DNA of 64,000 nucleotides from Eledone cirrhosa (GCA_964016885.1 OZ024743.1:197532001-197596000); one strand, 5' to 3'; positions 1-11,966 are shown, numbered from the stretch's first letter. The notes: generated by a model not told the origin, from the sequence alone. Translations and numbers: made by a program.

Positions 1-358
1 ACTTGTCGGCCCATTTCATTTTATTTTTGGAATTCTATTCAGCACTTGTCGGCCCATTTCATTTTATTTTTTTAATTGTATTCAGCACTTGTCGGCCCAT
101 TTCATTTTATTTTTTTAATTGTATTCAGCACTTGTCGGCCCATTTCATTTTATTTTTTGAATTCTATTCAGCACTTGTCGGCCCATTTCATTTTATTTTT
201 TGAATTCTTTTCAGCACTTGTCGGCCCATTTCATTTTATTTTTTGAATTCTATTCAGCACTTGTCGGCCCATTTCATTTTATTTTTGGAATTCTATTCAG
301 CACTTGTCGGCCCATTTCATTTTATTTTTTGAATTCTATTCAGCACTTGTCGGCCCAT
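1..358. repeat. 43-bp tandem minisatellite (~8 copies, runs off the window start)
   Basis: Unit acttgtcggcccatttcattttattttttgaattctattcagc repeated head-to-tail with no unique spacers. Confidence 0.95.
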
Positions 359-724
359 TGGTGAATGAAAACTCCAGCATGCTGATGTTGGCTGGCTGTT
401 AGCTTACCTGTTAGATGTGGTAGGCCACTGGGCTGGTAAAAAGAAACAATAGCTGTAGAATGCCGTCAAAAACTGAAGTCATAGGTGTTAAGGAAAATGT
501 TAAGCAGCAAAGTAATGGACAATGGACTGGCCTATATTCAGTTCATGTGTTATTAGTAGCGCTAGAAAATGAGGAAACATACTTTTGAAATTATATTCTT
601 CACCTATTAAAGTTTGTGCTTGTGTACTCTTATAACTGCACATGAAGTCACTTTATTGTTTTCTGACAATAACTCAATGCTGCAAAACTTGTTGTCCGAT
701 GCTCTACCAATACTGCTAATACAT

Positions 725-913
725 ATAATTGTTTCTACTTTTGGCACAAGACCAGCAATTATCACAGTGTATTACTGGTACTTTATTTTATCGATCCTGT
801 AAGGATGAAAGGCAAAATTAACCTCGGAGGGATTTGAACCCAGACCGTAAAGGGCCATAACTCTATGCTGTGAAGCAAGGTGTTCGACTCTCTACCGATA
901 CTGCCACTCCACC
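725..913 (-). mobile_element. tRNA-derived SINE, family A, short subfamily, full length
   Basis: Reverse complement shows a Pol III A box (TGGCAGTATCGG), a B box (GGTTCAAATCC), the central tttgcctttcatccttacggggtcgataaaataaagtaccag block and the 3' end gtgccaaaagtagaaacaattat shared with ~30 copies in the window. Confidence 0.9.
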
Positions 914-2185
914 GATAGGTGAAATGGACCAGAGAAAATTACGTCATTTGTCTAAAAGGCACAACGCAGTAAAGCATGGGCATTTGACTAGCAACCTATT
1001 CATTTATTTGGTTATTGAAGTCAAATACTGCATTACCTTCTACTGTATTATACAAAAACTTTTCGAATCTAAAGATTAAACTGTGTAAATAAGTTCTTTT
1101 CTGTTTTCTTTTATTTTCTCTTCTTTTATTGGTCGTTTGAGAAGAAATTTTGAACCCGACCGATGAAGTAGAATGGTCTAGAATGTTTTAAAATATTTTA
1201 AGATAAGTATGTTGTTTCTATGAAAGAAGTATCATTTCATGTTATAGTCGTTTATTTAAGTCAGTCGTACAAGTCTTGTAATCGTTTATTTAGTTCAGTC
1301 TCACAGTTTTATCACAAGGTTTCCATATTGTTTCTTTGACTGGTTAGAGAACACATACATATCAATTTACTGATTTTTGTAGAATTCTCTTCAATCAAAG
1401 TGGTCACTTGAAGAATTAGTTTATTGTATAACGAACTGGTTTTACACAAGAATCAGATTTTATCAATAGAATCAAACGAGTAAAATAAAAAGAATCACAA
1501 CAACGAAAGAAAACAAACAAAAAGAAACAAGGTCAAATAAATAGTTCTCGTTTATAAGAGGGGTAACCTAAACACTGCTGCGACAATCGTAAAGAAAAGG
1601 GGAGATTCTAAGCACACCGACATAATGTTAAGTACGTTTTACTTGGAAGCAAGGGTCATATATGCACAAATAAGAACACTTTAGACTTCCATTTTTCAAA
1701 TATCAGATTAACTGATTGCTTATTTTACTGAAAAGAATCAAAACAACAATAACTGAACAAACAAAAAGAAAAGAAAAGAAAAGAAAAGAAAGAAACATAC
1801 TAAACAAAAACAGAGCAAAGGAAAAACAAAGATTTGGTAAGAAGGTGGATGAATTTCAGTAAGAAAGTAAACATTTATCATCGTATGAATATAATTTGAG
1901 AGATGCTTTTGGTTAACTATATTTTCTTCTATTTTTCTTTAAGTCTGTGAATAGAGATATGCAGCATCTACGTCAAATAAAGACATGACAAACACCCTTG
2001 ATAAGAAGTACGTAATGTGAAGAAGACAAATAGAAATAGATATGGATTGGAGCCAAAACGAATTGCTACTCGATTATCTCGATTTACAGTTGGCTCCATT
2101 GCATATGTAGTCATATATTGCTTTCTGCTGCCCCCTCCCCCCTCTCTACCGTAACATCCATGCTTTCCTTTAAAATAAAAAAAAT

Positions 2186-2223
<38 letters not shown>

Positions 2224-2238
2224 GCACACACATAGCCC

Positions 2239-2273
<35 letters not shown>

Positions 2274-2350
2274 GGAAAAATTTGAACAGGGACAAAACAG
2301 AGAGGCAGTACAATAAATGTTTATTAATTTCACGCTCAGGAGAGTGGGGG

Positions 2351-2385
2351 ACGACGTTTCGGGCATAAGCCCTTCCTCAGGTGAG
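2351..2385 (-). ncRNA. Type I hammerhead-ribozyme-like motif in the PLE 3' terminal region
   Basis: Minus strand reads CUGAGGA-A-GGGC(UUAU)GCCC-GAAAC-GUCGUC. The core boxes and stem II are present, but stem I pairing is poor. Confidence 0.6.
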
Positions 2386-2959
2386 AAGTGTGTGGGAACA
2401 GAGTTCAAAAGGTGTGTAGGGGAGTGGTGGAGAGACATATAGCGAAAGGAAACGGTGCGAATGAAAAAAAACAAATAAAGATAAAAAATAAAAAATAAAA
2501 ATAAAGCATGATCAAAATACAAGGAATGAGAAAATTTAAAAATAAAGGCATGATCAAAATAAACTGAAATTAAAAGGGGGGTAAACAGGTGGTGGAAGGG
2601 TGTGGGGTGAGTAGGGGTGGTGGCGGGTGGAGTGGGGAGAGGGAGACGGGTGTCCGAGCGGGGAGGGCTGAAGGTGGTGTGTGTGTGTAGGTGTGCGTGT
2701 GTGTGTGTGTGTGTGTGTATGTGAAAGTAAGGGTTGGGGGAAGAACGGGGTTGCATGTTCAGGAAGAGGTGTGTGTGGGGGATGTTTTTGTGGGTCGGAG
2801 TGTCTGTGCGTGTGTGGATAGGGGGTGGGGGGAGAGGAATCAGGAGGCTGAGGGTGTAAATATGTGGTGGGAAGCACGTGTGTGTGGGGTTTAAGCGTGT
2901 TGTGGGTGTGGGTGTGGGTGGCGTGTGGAGAAAAAAATTTTTTTTGGGGTGTGTGTGTG

Positions 2960-3120
2960 GGTGAGTTATATAGGTGATTACGTAAGAGGATGGTTGAAAA
3001 GTTGGTAAGTTCCAAGGATGTATAGTGGATTGGTTGTAAGTCAAATTCTGCGTGTGGGTAATCCATGAAGCGGTGGTCGGAAGAGGAGAGATGTGGGGTG
3101 CGCGCGCAACAGGAAGTGGT
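2960..3120 (-). promoter_or_regulatory. Putative Pol II promoter cassette inside the PLE
   Basis: Minus-strand order is ETS-like ACTTCCTG (3110-3117), palindrome TGCGCGCGCA (3099-3108), CCAAT (3029-3033), bZIP palindrome TTACGTAA (2978-2985) and TATATAA (2966-2972). Confidence 0.45.
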
Positions 3121-3919
3121 CAGCAGTGGGAGTGCTGTGGTCTGTTAGTGCTGGGAGGTGGTCAGATGGCATAGCAGCAGTCGGTGGAATGGTAAGGGGG
3201 CGAGGATGGGTAGGTGTGAAAGTTGGAGTGAGGAGGGTGTGTGTGTGTGTGTGTGTATCAGTAGGGGTGTTAGTGGGATGAGTGAGTGTGGAGCGAGGGT
3301 GTGGGTGGAGCGGGGAGAGAGAAGGGTGTGTGTGGTTTTATGGAGGGAGTGTGGTGTACTGGTGTGTGTGTGTAGTTTGATGAAGAGGTGTTAGTGGGTG
3401 TTAGTATACGGGAGATGGGGAGGGGTTGAATGCAGGTGTGAGTGGGGGTTAGTGGTGGTAGGATGTGTAGAGTTGGTGGTGTACGAGGGTGTGTGGGTAC
3501 GTGTGTGTGAAGTTGGGGGCTGTTAGTGATGTTAGTTGCGTGTGGGGTGGGTGGTGTAAGTGGGTGCGTGTGTTCGTGTGCTTGGGGTTAGGGGGTGTTA
3601 GTGAGGTTAGTTGCGGGAGTGGTGGGATGGAGGTGTGGGGGTCGGAGGTGTGGGGGTGAGGGTTAATGGTGGTAGTAGGGTGTGTGTTTAGTGTGAGCGC
3701 GTGTATATAGGTGCCGGTGGGTGTGTGCGTGTGATAAGGAGGGGGGAGGAGGAGAAGAGGGGAGGGAAGGGATGTTAGTATGTTAGTTGGGGAAGGGTGG
3801 TCAGATGAGGGGTGGAGTGGAGGTGTTAGTATTGTTAGTGTGGGGTGGGCGGTGAAAAGGAGGGGTGTGTTAGTGGTGTTAGTGGGGGATAAGTGTGGGG
3901 GGAGGGGGGCGGTCGAACG

Positions 3920-4620
3920 CTAAAGGAATAAGGGTGGGGAGTTCAGGCCGGGGGGAGTGTGGGTCTGTAAGATGAAGATGGTTCGTTGTTCGACCGTAAG
4001 GCGATGGGCGGGTGTTCCGTGGCACTGGAGTAGGCCACAGACTGTGAGATGGCGTGCGGAGTGTCCAGGGCTACCAAAGTGGCGGGCGATGGGGGAACTG
4101 CCCCCGAGACGAATATCTCGGAGGTGCTCCGTGACTCGGTCCGCCAGGCGACGTCCCGTCTGTCCGACATAAGACGCGCTGCACTCTGTGCAGCGAAGTC
4201 CGTAGACTAGGTTGGAGGAGGTGCAGCGGAAGGCATGCCGGACCGAGAGAGAGTGGCCGTTGGGACCCTGGAAGGTGGTGGTGTTGGTGATGTGGGGACA
4301 GGTGTTGCAGAGGGGCCTAGAACAGGGAAAGGAACCGGGGGGGGGGGAACAGAGCGTGAGTTGGGGGGTAGGGAGCTGTGGACGAGGAGGGTGCGGAGAT
4401 TGCGTGCGCGTTTGAAGGAGGGGAGTGGTGGGGTTGGGAAGATGTGGGAGGTGGAGGGGTCGGACTGGAGGCGTCGGAAGAGGCGGCGGATGGTGCGGTG
4501 GAGGGGTGGTAGGTGATGGGGAAGGGGAGACGGTGGGTGGGTGTGCGGTGGCGTGGGGTGAGGGTGGTGGAGCGGGGGACAGCGCGGGCGCGGGTGAGAG
4601 CGGTGTAGACGAGAATACAT
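3920..4620 (-). pseudogene. Penelope-like linker, Zn-knuckle and GIY-YIG endonuclease, split over three frames
   Basis: Frame 1 gives ALTRARAVPR..RLPFPITYHP; frame 2 gives IRRLFRRLQSDP..IFPTPP..FKRARNLRTLLVHS; frame 3 gives CSRPLCNTC..FRCTSSNLVYGLRCTECSASYVGQTGRRLADRVTEH..PIARHF..EQRTIFILQT..PPGLN. Frameshifts lie near 4497 and in the G-run at 4337-4347. Confidence 0.9.
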
Positions 4621-4708
4621 AGAAGTAGTTCCACAACAGTTAGTTTACTACATATCACACACCAGTGTCCTACTATTATTGGATTTTAGTCTTCAAATTT
4701 ACTATTAT

Positions 4709-4751
<43 letters not shown>

Positions 4752-4756
4752 TTCAT

Positions 4757-4793
<37 letters not shown>

Positions 4794-4794
4794 A

Positions 4795-4829
<35 letters not shown>

Positions 4830-4830
<1 letters not shown>

Positions 4831-5908
4831 ATAAAAGTATGTGTTCCTACATGTAATTAATACACACAGGGACACAAGTATAGTCCGACCGTATGCCAGT
4901 GTGGTTCAATGGCAAGTTAATAAATTAACAAGCCAGAACGTATAAAATCAAGGGAGCGTAAACACAGAAAATATCTTTAAAAATAATAAATAAATTTCAA
5001 AAAATTCACTGTACTTACTATATGTGCCCTTACCGCGGTTTCAGATCCCAAACAAATAGATAATCCAAACGGATTTTCATTGAGAAAGAGATCATCGCCA
5101 GAAGGCGTTTCTCTCTCGGAGAATATAAAATTCCCGAGTTCAAATTACAAACTGGCGCCATACCAAACTGCCCCAGAATGAAAGCAAATGAATGATGAAA
5201 TAGTTCTGCTATGGTAACGTGTGCAAAGGCAAAAAGCACGGTGGACAGGTCAATCCCGTGCTGCTAAAAATAGCAGCCGTTCAAACGACCGAAGGTTTCT
5301 CTACCATTGGGGATAATAATAATAATAAAAGTATAAGGGCACATATAGTAAGTACACTGAATTTTTTGAAATTTATTTATTATTTTTAAAGATATTTTCT
5401 GTGTTTACACTCCCTTGATTTTCTATGTTCTGGCTTGTTAATTTATTAACTTGTCATTGAACCACACTGGCATACGGTCAGACTATACTTGTGTCCCTGT
5501 GTGTATTAATTACATGTAGGAACACATACTTTTATTATTATTATCCCCAATGGTAGAGAAACCTTCGGTCGTTTGAACGGCTGCTATTTTTAGCAGCACG
5601 GGATTGACCTGTCCACCGTGCTTTTTGCCTTTGCACATGGTACCATAGCAGAACTGTTTCATCATTCATATGCTCTCATTCCGGGGCAGTTTGGTATGGC
5701 GCCAGTTTGTAATTTTAACTCGGGAATTTTATATTCTCCGAGAGAGAAAAGCCTTCTGACGATGATCTCTTTCTCAATGAAAATCCGTTTGGATTATCTA
5801 TTTGTTTGGGATCTGAAGCCGCGGTAAGGGCACATGTAGTAAGTACAGTGAATCTTTTGAAATTTATTTATTATTTTTAAAGATATTTTCTGTGTTTACA
5901 CTCCCTTG

Positions 5909-5912
<4 letters not shown>
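4830..5912. mobile_element. ~491-bp unit present as an inverted, circularly permuted pair between (TA)n tracts
   Basis: 4830-5333 is the reverse complement of a permutation of 5334-5912. taagggcacat...cccttgatttt recurs at 5334 and 5825, and ataaaagta occurs at both ends of the left arm. Confidence 0.85.
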
Positions 5913-5978
<66 letters not shown>

Positions 5979-5979
<1 letters not shown>

Positions 5980-6085
5980 TGAGCTCAAGCCGTTTCGACG
6001 GCTAATTCTGGACTAACCGTCTGGACTAGCCCAGAATTAGCTGTCGAAACGGCTTGAGCTCAGCCGTCGGGGTCCTACTCGTTCC
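5979..6085. mobile_element. Fold-back element with the 3' half of a hammerhead motif, within (TA)n
   Basis: Arms ctgagctcaagccgtttcgacggctaattctg / cagaattagctgtcgaaacggcttgagctcag; GAAACGGCU-loop-AGCCGUC; same family as 9581-9766. Confidence 0.75.
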
Positions 6086-6221
6086 TATATATATATATAT
6101 ATATATATACATACCCATACGCACACACATATAATATACACACGCATATACGCATATACGTGTGCACATGTACACACACACAAACACACACACACAAACA
6201 CACACACATATATGTATATAT

Positions 6222-6309
<88 letters not shown>

Positions 6310-6739
6310 TTGTACTTTGAATATTGTGTGTTATTATCCGAAGAAAATTAATTAGATTAAGACAGTTCAACACCAAATTTCTCTTAAGTTACATGCCACT
6401 GCTTACTACAGAGTTACAACTGATGGAGTACAATAGAGACTGTAAACTATTTTGATTCTCAGAACGTCACCACACCAGACATTTATAAATTGATTTAAAT
6501 GAGTGAGTATTGTTTTTTTCATTTGAACTCCTTGCATGTATCTATGTTTGTAAGTTTGTATCTGTAACTCCCGATGAAGTCATAAGGATGTCTGAATAAC
6601 ATAAGACGTGCTTTGGGTATGTTAACCCTCTCTTGGTAAAAAAAACCCCACCGTGTTTCATGTAGAGAAGGGGAAATAAGTGAGAGAGGGGGAGAGAGAA
6701 AGAAAGAGTCGGAGACAGAGAAAGTGATATAGAGGAAGA

Positions 6740-6890
6740 ATCAAACCCAGTATTGGACAGCTACATTGTTTTATCACCTTCAAAAGGTTGAAAAGCAAAG
6801 ATAACCTCAGTGGGGTTAGAACTCAGAGAGCAAAGATTCGGAACTAACATCGCAAACATTCTATCCGACATCCTAATGACTCAGCCGTCT
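6740..6890 (-). mobile_element. Degenerate SINE, family A
   Basis: Diverged match to aaaggcaaagttaacctc..gatttgaactcag. Confidence 0.55.
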
Positions 6891-7301
6891 GCTTCGAAAT
6901 TCTTGAACAAATTATGACTCGAAAAAAAAAAAAATTAAATCCATTAAATTTACAAACAAATTCTTTTTTATCTTGAAATTAATTAAAATACTATGCATAA
7001 CCATTTACTGACCATTTGAGCACATTTTTACTGACCAGTTACAAACTGAATTTGCATTAAGTGCTCTTTTTTTCTTGTCCTAAGCTTACTGCTGAAACAT
7101 TTGGTTACACACGACCAGCACCAAGAATCAAAAGTAAGAATGGAATCGTATATCACAGTATAATATATATAAGTTCTGAAACAACTCTCCATTAATGTAG
7201 TAACATTTCCCAAATCTCTCTATTCACTTCCTCGCTCTCTCCCTCTCAATATATATATATATATATACACACATTCTATGTATAGATTCATATATATATA
7301 T

Positions 7302-7385
<84 letters not shown>

Positions 7386-8264
7386 TCAGTGTGGTGAAGT
7401 CAATCGTGAAATTACTTAAAAGTATAGCAATGACATTTCCATTAAAATGATCAAATGTGATCTAACTTGTTTTATGGAATTAACATAAATTCTAAAATAC
7501 AGACAAGTGCATTTGTCATGTAATATTCAATATATTTTTTACACCAACAGTCGATTTAAAAAAAGATAGTCTTTAACTTAGCATCTGTATTTAAATTTCT
7601 AGTAGTCAGACGTGATGAAACATTCATCATCTTTGGGGGAATCCCTTGACAAAATCATGTAAAATATCTACCTAATAAATGTTTGTGCGTTGCCGATGTA
7701 TTTAACTTGCGACAGATGGCTGGGAAGCTCAGATTTATAAACCAAAAGACTAGATCCAATGACAAAGGCCAGTGAAATCATTTGCTGTGAGACTGGATAC
7801 TGCTAAAAACAATTTTCAATTGACTTTTACAAGCCAACCAAAAAATTTGAATTTCAACACAGCATTAATTTTGTAATGATTTCACCCTTTTATAGCGTGT
7901 TTTGATTTCATTTTAAATTTTTGATCGGTTTCTCTTTTCCATTGGGTATTTAAACCTTTATAGTAATTTCTGGATTTGTTTAAATATGAAATGTTTGAGT
8001 GGATGATTTTATTCGTGGTAGACCTTGTGTTTGTGTGTGTCGTATATTTTATAACAATGTTTTATATATTTTATAGTGTGTCGCAGGTAGTTTAGTTTTG
8101 TTATTTAACCCATTTATTTTGATGCTTCGTGTGTGTTGGGCCTTCATCGTTTGCGACGACACGTGCTCAAGGTGATTCAATCAAGGGAACTGCCTGCTTG
8201 TGAAATTAACGTGTGACATACATTGTGTAACAAAGCTTGCCTTTTGAATTACTGGTACAACCTA

Positions 8265-8400
8265 TTTTTGCCAGCTGAGTGGACTGAAGCAAAATAAAAT
8301 AAAGTATCTTTATCAAGACCACACGTCCCACCCGGTCCAGAAATCGAACTGACAAACTTACATTTGTGAGCTGAATACCCTGACCATTAAGACACAGTCC
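8265..8400 (-). mobile_element. CORE-type SINE (family B) 5' fragment
   Basis: tttttgccagctgagtggactg..aaataaagt..caagaccac..gaaatcgaact is the reverse complement of the head of the SINE at 26178. Confidence 0.6.
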
Positions 8401-8759
8401 TTCTCGAGCGAAACCATTTTGCTGGTTTGAGAGCTGATGAGGGGGAAGATGCATGTGTAAACTTGTCTCTTACTTCGCCTTTCTTTATTTACTTCTTCCA
8501 GTCACTTCTATGTGCCAGTGCACTTCTGCTTGTCATCCTCTTCTTTCAACCTTTTCTATATTTCATCTGCATCTCAACCACCTTGTGGATTGTCTCTCTG
8601 TTGACCACTGGTCGCTGGTCTCTTCCCTCTGACACATTTTTGCCCATCGCTGTCTCTGACAGCAGTTAGCTCTTTTAACGGCTGTTCTAGCGATGAGTTT
8701 TCACATTTTCATATCTATTCAAATACTCTCACTTCGTCTCGATCAGAGGTAACATTTCT

Positions 8760-8848
<89 letters not shown>

Positions 8849-8855
8849 TATATAT

Positions 8856-8910
<55 letters not shown>

Positions 8911-8917
8911 TATATAT

Positions 8918-8984
<67 letters not shown>

Positions 8985-8993
<9 letters not shown>

Positions 8994-9524
8994 TATTTTG
9001 CAATACACTGTATGCTTAATTAAAAGCATTTTGAAGACCATACGCTATTGTTTTATAGTAGTGACAATGTCACTTATTTAAATTTTCAGCAAACAGGAGA
9101 GATAAACTGACAGACCTCTGTTTCGTACCTTTTCGAACTTATAAAACTCACTACTCCTCCTGTTTGCTGAAAATTATGTGTGTTGGATTCTTATAGAATT
9201 CCACTAATAATGAGGAACTGATTATACAGAGCGGTCGCCGGTCCAGCAGAAATTGAAAATTAGAATTGGTGCTCTGAAATAGCGATATATATATGAATGT
9301 ATATATAGCAAACTGGAGGAGTAGTGAGCTTTGATAAGTACCAAAAACTACGAAACAGAGCTCTGTCAGTTCTCCCCTGTTTGCTGAAAATTTAAATAAG
9401 TGACATTGTCACTACTTTAAAACAATACCGTATGGTCTTCAAAATGGTGTTAATTAAGCATACAGTGTATTGCAAAATACACTATATATACATTCATATA
9501 TATATCGCTATTTCAGAGCACCAA

Positions 9525-9532
<8 letters not shown>
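8985..9532. mobile_element. Nested inverted-repeat element with degenerate hammerhead motifs, within (TA)n
   Basis: 8985-9175 is inverted against ~9308-9490 and 9259-9309 against 9482-9532. 9326-9372 reads GAGCU-UUGAUAA-stem II-GAAACAGAGCUCUGUC-AGUUC. Confidence 0.75.
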
Positions 9533-9580
<48 letters not shown>

Positions 9581-9581
<1 letters not shown>

Positions 9582-9766
9582 CGAAGGAAATGTGGTAAGG
9601 AACCATGTGGACCATAACGCACCAAAGTACTCAATACTTAGGGTAGTAGAGTGGGTAATAGGAACGAGTAGGACCCCGACGGCTGAGCTCAAGCCGTTTC
9701 GACGGCTAATTCTGAATTACCCGTCGAAACAGCTTGAGCTCAGCCGTCGGGGTCCTACTCGTTCCT
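9581..9766. mobile_element. Fold-back element (second copy of the 5979 family) plus minus-strand 3' tail
   Basis: Near-perfect palindrome at 9659-9766 centred on gacggctaattc-t-gaattacccgtc, flanked by (TA)n. Confidence 0.75.
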
Positions 9767-10057
9767 ATATATATCTATATCTATATATATTGTAGTTAAG
9801 CAATATTGCATTCTAACAAAATTAAACATGTTATAAATCATGGACGTCTGGAAATATTTGCAGTGCATTTTGTATAAAATATCTCAGAATCTATAAATAA
9901 TATCTTATTTTATTTTTAAGTGTATAATTCTTTAAAATGTCTTTGAAATCAGTTTCTACTTTTTGTTGTTTCATGTCTTTTTTCCCAATATATTTCCGTT
10001 GTCCCCTTCAACATTCTCATACATTTTATTTTTCTTGGCTTTTAGTGTCTAACTAAA

Positions 10058-10495
10058 GCCCCTCCTCCTCCTCCTCCTCCTCCTCCTCATCATCATCATC
10101 ATCATACACATCACCATCATCATCATCACCACTACCACTACCCCCACCACCACCACCACCATCACCACCACCCTCCACCACCATTATTATTATTATCATC
10201 ATCATCACCACCACCACCATCACCACCACCATCACCACCAACACCAACATCACAATCGTCACCACCACCACCACCACCATCGTCACCACCACCACCACCA
10301 CCACCATCGTCACCACCACCACTAACATCACCACCATCACCACCACCACCAACATCACCATCGTCACCACCATCATCATCACCAAAGACGCCACCACCAC
10401 TCCCATCACCATCGTCACCACGACCACCATCGTCACCACCACCACCAACATCACCACCACTCACCGCCATCACCATTATCATCATCATCATGATA
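10058..10495. repeat. Compound (CCT)n/(CAT)n/(CAC)n microsatellite
   Basis: Direct inspection. Confidence 0.95.
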
Positions 10496-10820
10496 ACCGG
10501 CATGATGAACCATTGCAAACAACAGGTTGCAGGAAATAAACTTTTATGAGAAGATAAAGATAAAAAAAAGGACCGAATACTATTGAAAATTGCGACACTT
10601 GGTGAACATTGAGGGAAACACAAAATGAAAATAAACATGGCGGGCGGCAAAATGCCAACATAATTTTTTTTTAATTCAAGAAAACACTGAAAATATTCAA
10701 ATAAAAATGTATATACATGTAAAACTTTACGTATCAGTATCTCTGTTTTCTGCAGAAATATTCATATACATAGAGTGATGCATATATACATACATGCATA
10801 CATACATACATATATATTTG

Positions 10821-10871
<51 letters not shown>

Positions 10872-10928
10872 ATAGATATATATCTTTGTATATATACGTA
10901 TGTGTATATATATATTTATTTATTTGTT

Positions 10929-11011
<83 letters not shown>

Positions 11012-11017
<6 letters not shown>

Positions 11018-11200
11018 GAGCTTCTACAGGACTAGAACTGTTTCATTCGTGAGAAACCACCAGGAGCTTCCTGATGATTTCTCACGAATGAAACAGTTCT
11101 AGTCCTGTAGAAGCTCTTCTATATTGAAACTTTTATACTCTGATATGTATTGAGTACCTTACTTACTGTGGTTACCTCCGACTCAACCCGGAATAACTTA
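11012..11200 (+). mobile_element. Fold-back PLE-type terminal fragment containing a type I hammerhead (11064-11116)
   Basis: GAGCUUC-CUGAUGA-UUUC(UCAC)GAAU-GAAACAG(UUCUAGUC)CUGUA-GAAGCUC; inverted copy at 11012-11063; (TA)n flanks. Confidence 0.8.
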
Positions 11201-11269
11201 TATATATATAATATGTATATATATATACATATATATGCGTGTGTGTGTGTATATTATATATTATATATA

Positions 11270-11337
<68 letters not shown>

Positions 11338-11822
11338 TAGATAGATAGATATATGTATATAGATATATTAGATATTTTAAAGAATATATTTATATTTATT
11401 TTTATACAGAGAGAATATAAAGAATATTCCAGAAATAGCTAAGAAAAATAAACTGAAACAATTTTCAGTCGGATTATCTACGGTTGGAGGTATAGGGAGA
11501 TGTAAAAGGGGAAGAAGGGTTAGGAAGAATGAGCTGTAGTGCAATGGGTGGCAACAAAATACTGACAAGAAAAACAGTTTAAAAAATGTTAAAACAACAA
11601 TACAAAACTAAAGCAAACTAAGCCGCTAGTAAGCAATGGCGCTTATTGATCAAAGAGTCTATGTAATTTATTTAGTTTTTGTGCCAATTTTTTCTCTTTC
11701 TTGATGTTAGCAGAGAAGAAGTCAAGAATTGTCCTCGTGACATCTCTTGTTAAGTTGCAAGCAGATGGCCTCTTTCACACTGCTCTCACTGCAGAGATAG
11801 CTAAGCTAAGCATAATCATCAA

Positions 11823-11916
<94 letters not shown>

Positions 11917-11966
11917 TACATATATATATATACGTGTTTCAGTGTAATTATATGTATGTATATACC

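Larger units (their letters stand above)
2265..4620 (-). mobile_element. Penelope-like retroelement (Neptune-type), 5'-truncated, lacking the RT core
   Basis: GIY-YIG ORF remnant at 3920-4620, then a CA-rich downstream region, a hammerhead-like motif at 2351-2380, AATAAA near 2320 and a terminus in (TA)n. Confidence 0.85.

Noticed and set aside
1-358. CRISPR-like regular repeat
   Set aside because: Units are contiguous with no unique spacers, no cas genes are present and the context is eukaryotic; it is a minisatellite.
1155-1235. Hammerhead-like CCGAUGA..GAAA (also near 6571 and 8433)
   Set aside because: No convincing stems I and III could be formed.
1968-3066. 358-aa and 170-aa ORFs downstream of the GIY-YIG ORF
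   Set aside because: CA-rich low-complexity sequence reading through (TA)n, with no recognisable domain.
3585-3612. Telomeric TTAGGG-like sequence in the PLE tail
   Set aside because: Only one TTAGGG is present; the recurring motif is GTTAGT, not a telomeric array.
5030-5827. Duplicated 69-aa ORF on opposite strands
   Set aside because: A by-product of the inverted repeat, with a GTG start and no recognisable homology.
7084-7132. Candidate small exons (also ~16763-16982, ~24940-25210, ~40827-40925)
   Set aside because: Splice-like signals are present, but frames are inconsistent or contain stops and no homology is recognised, so no gene model can be supported.
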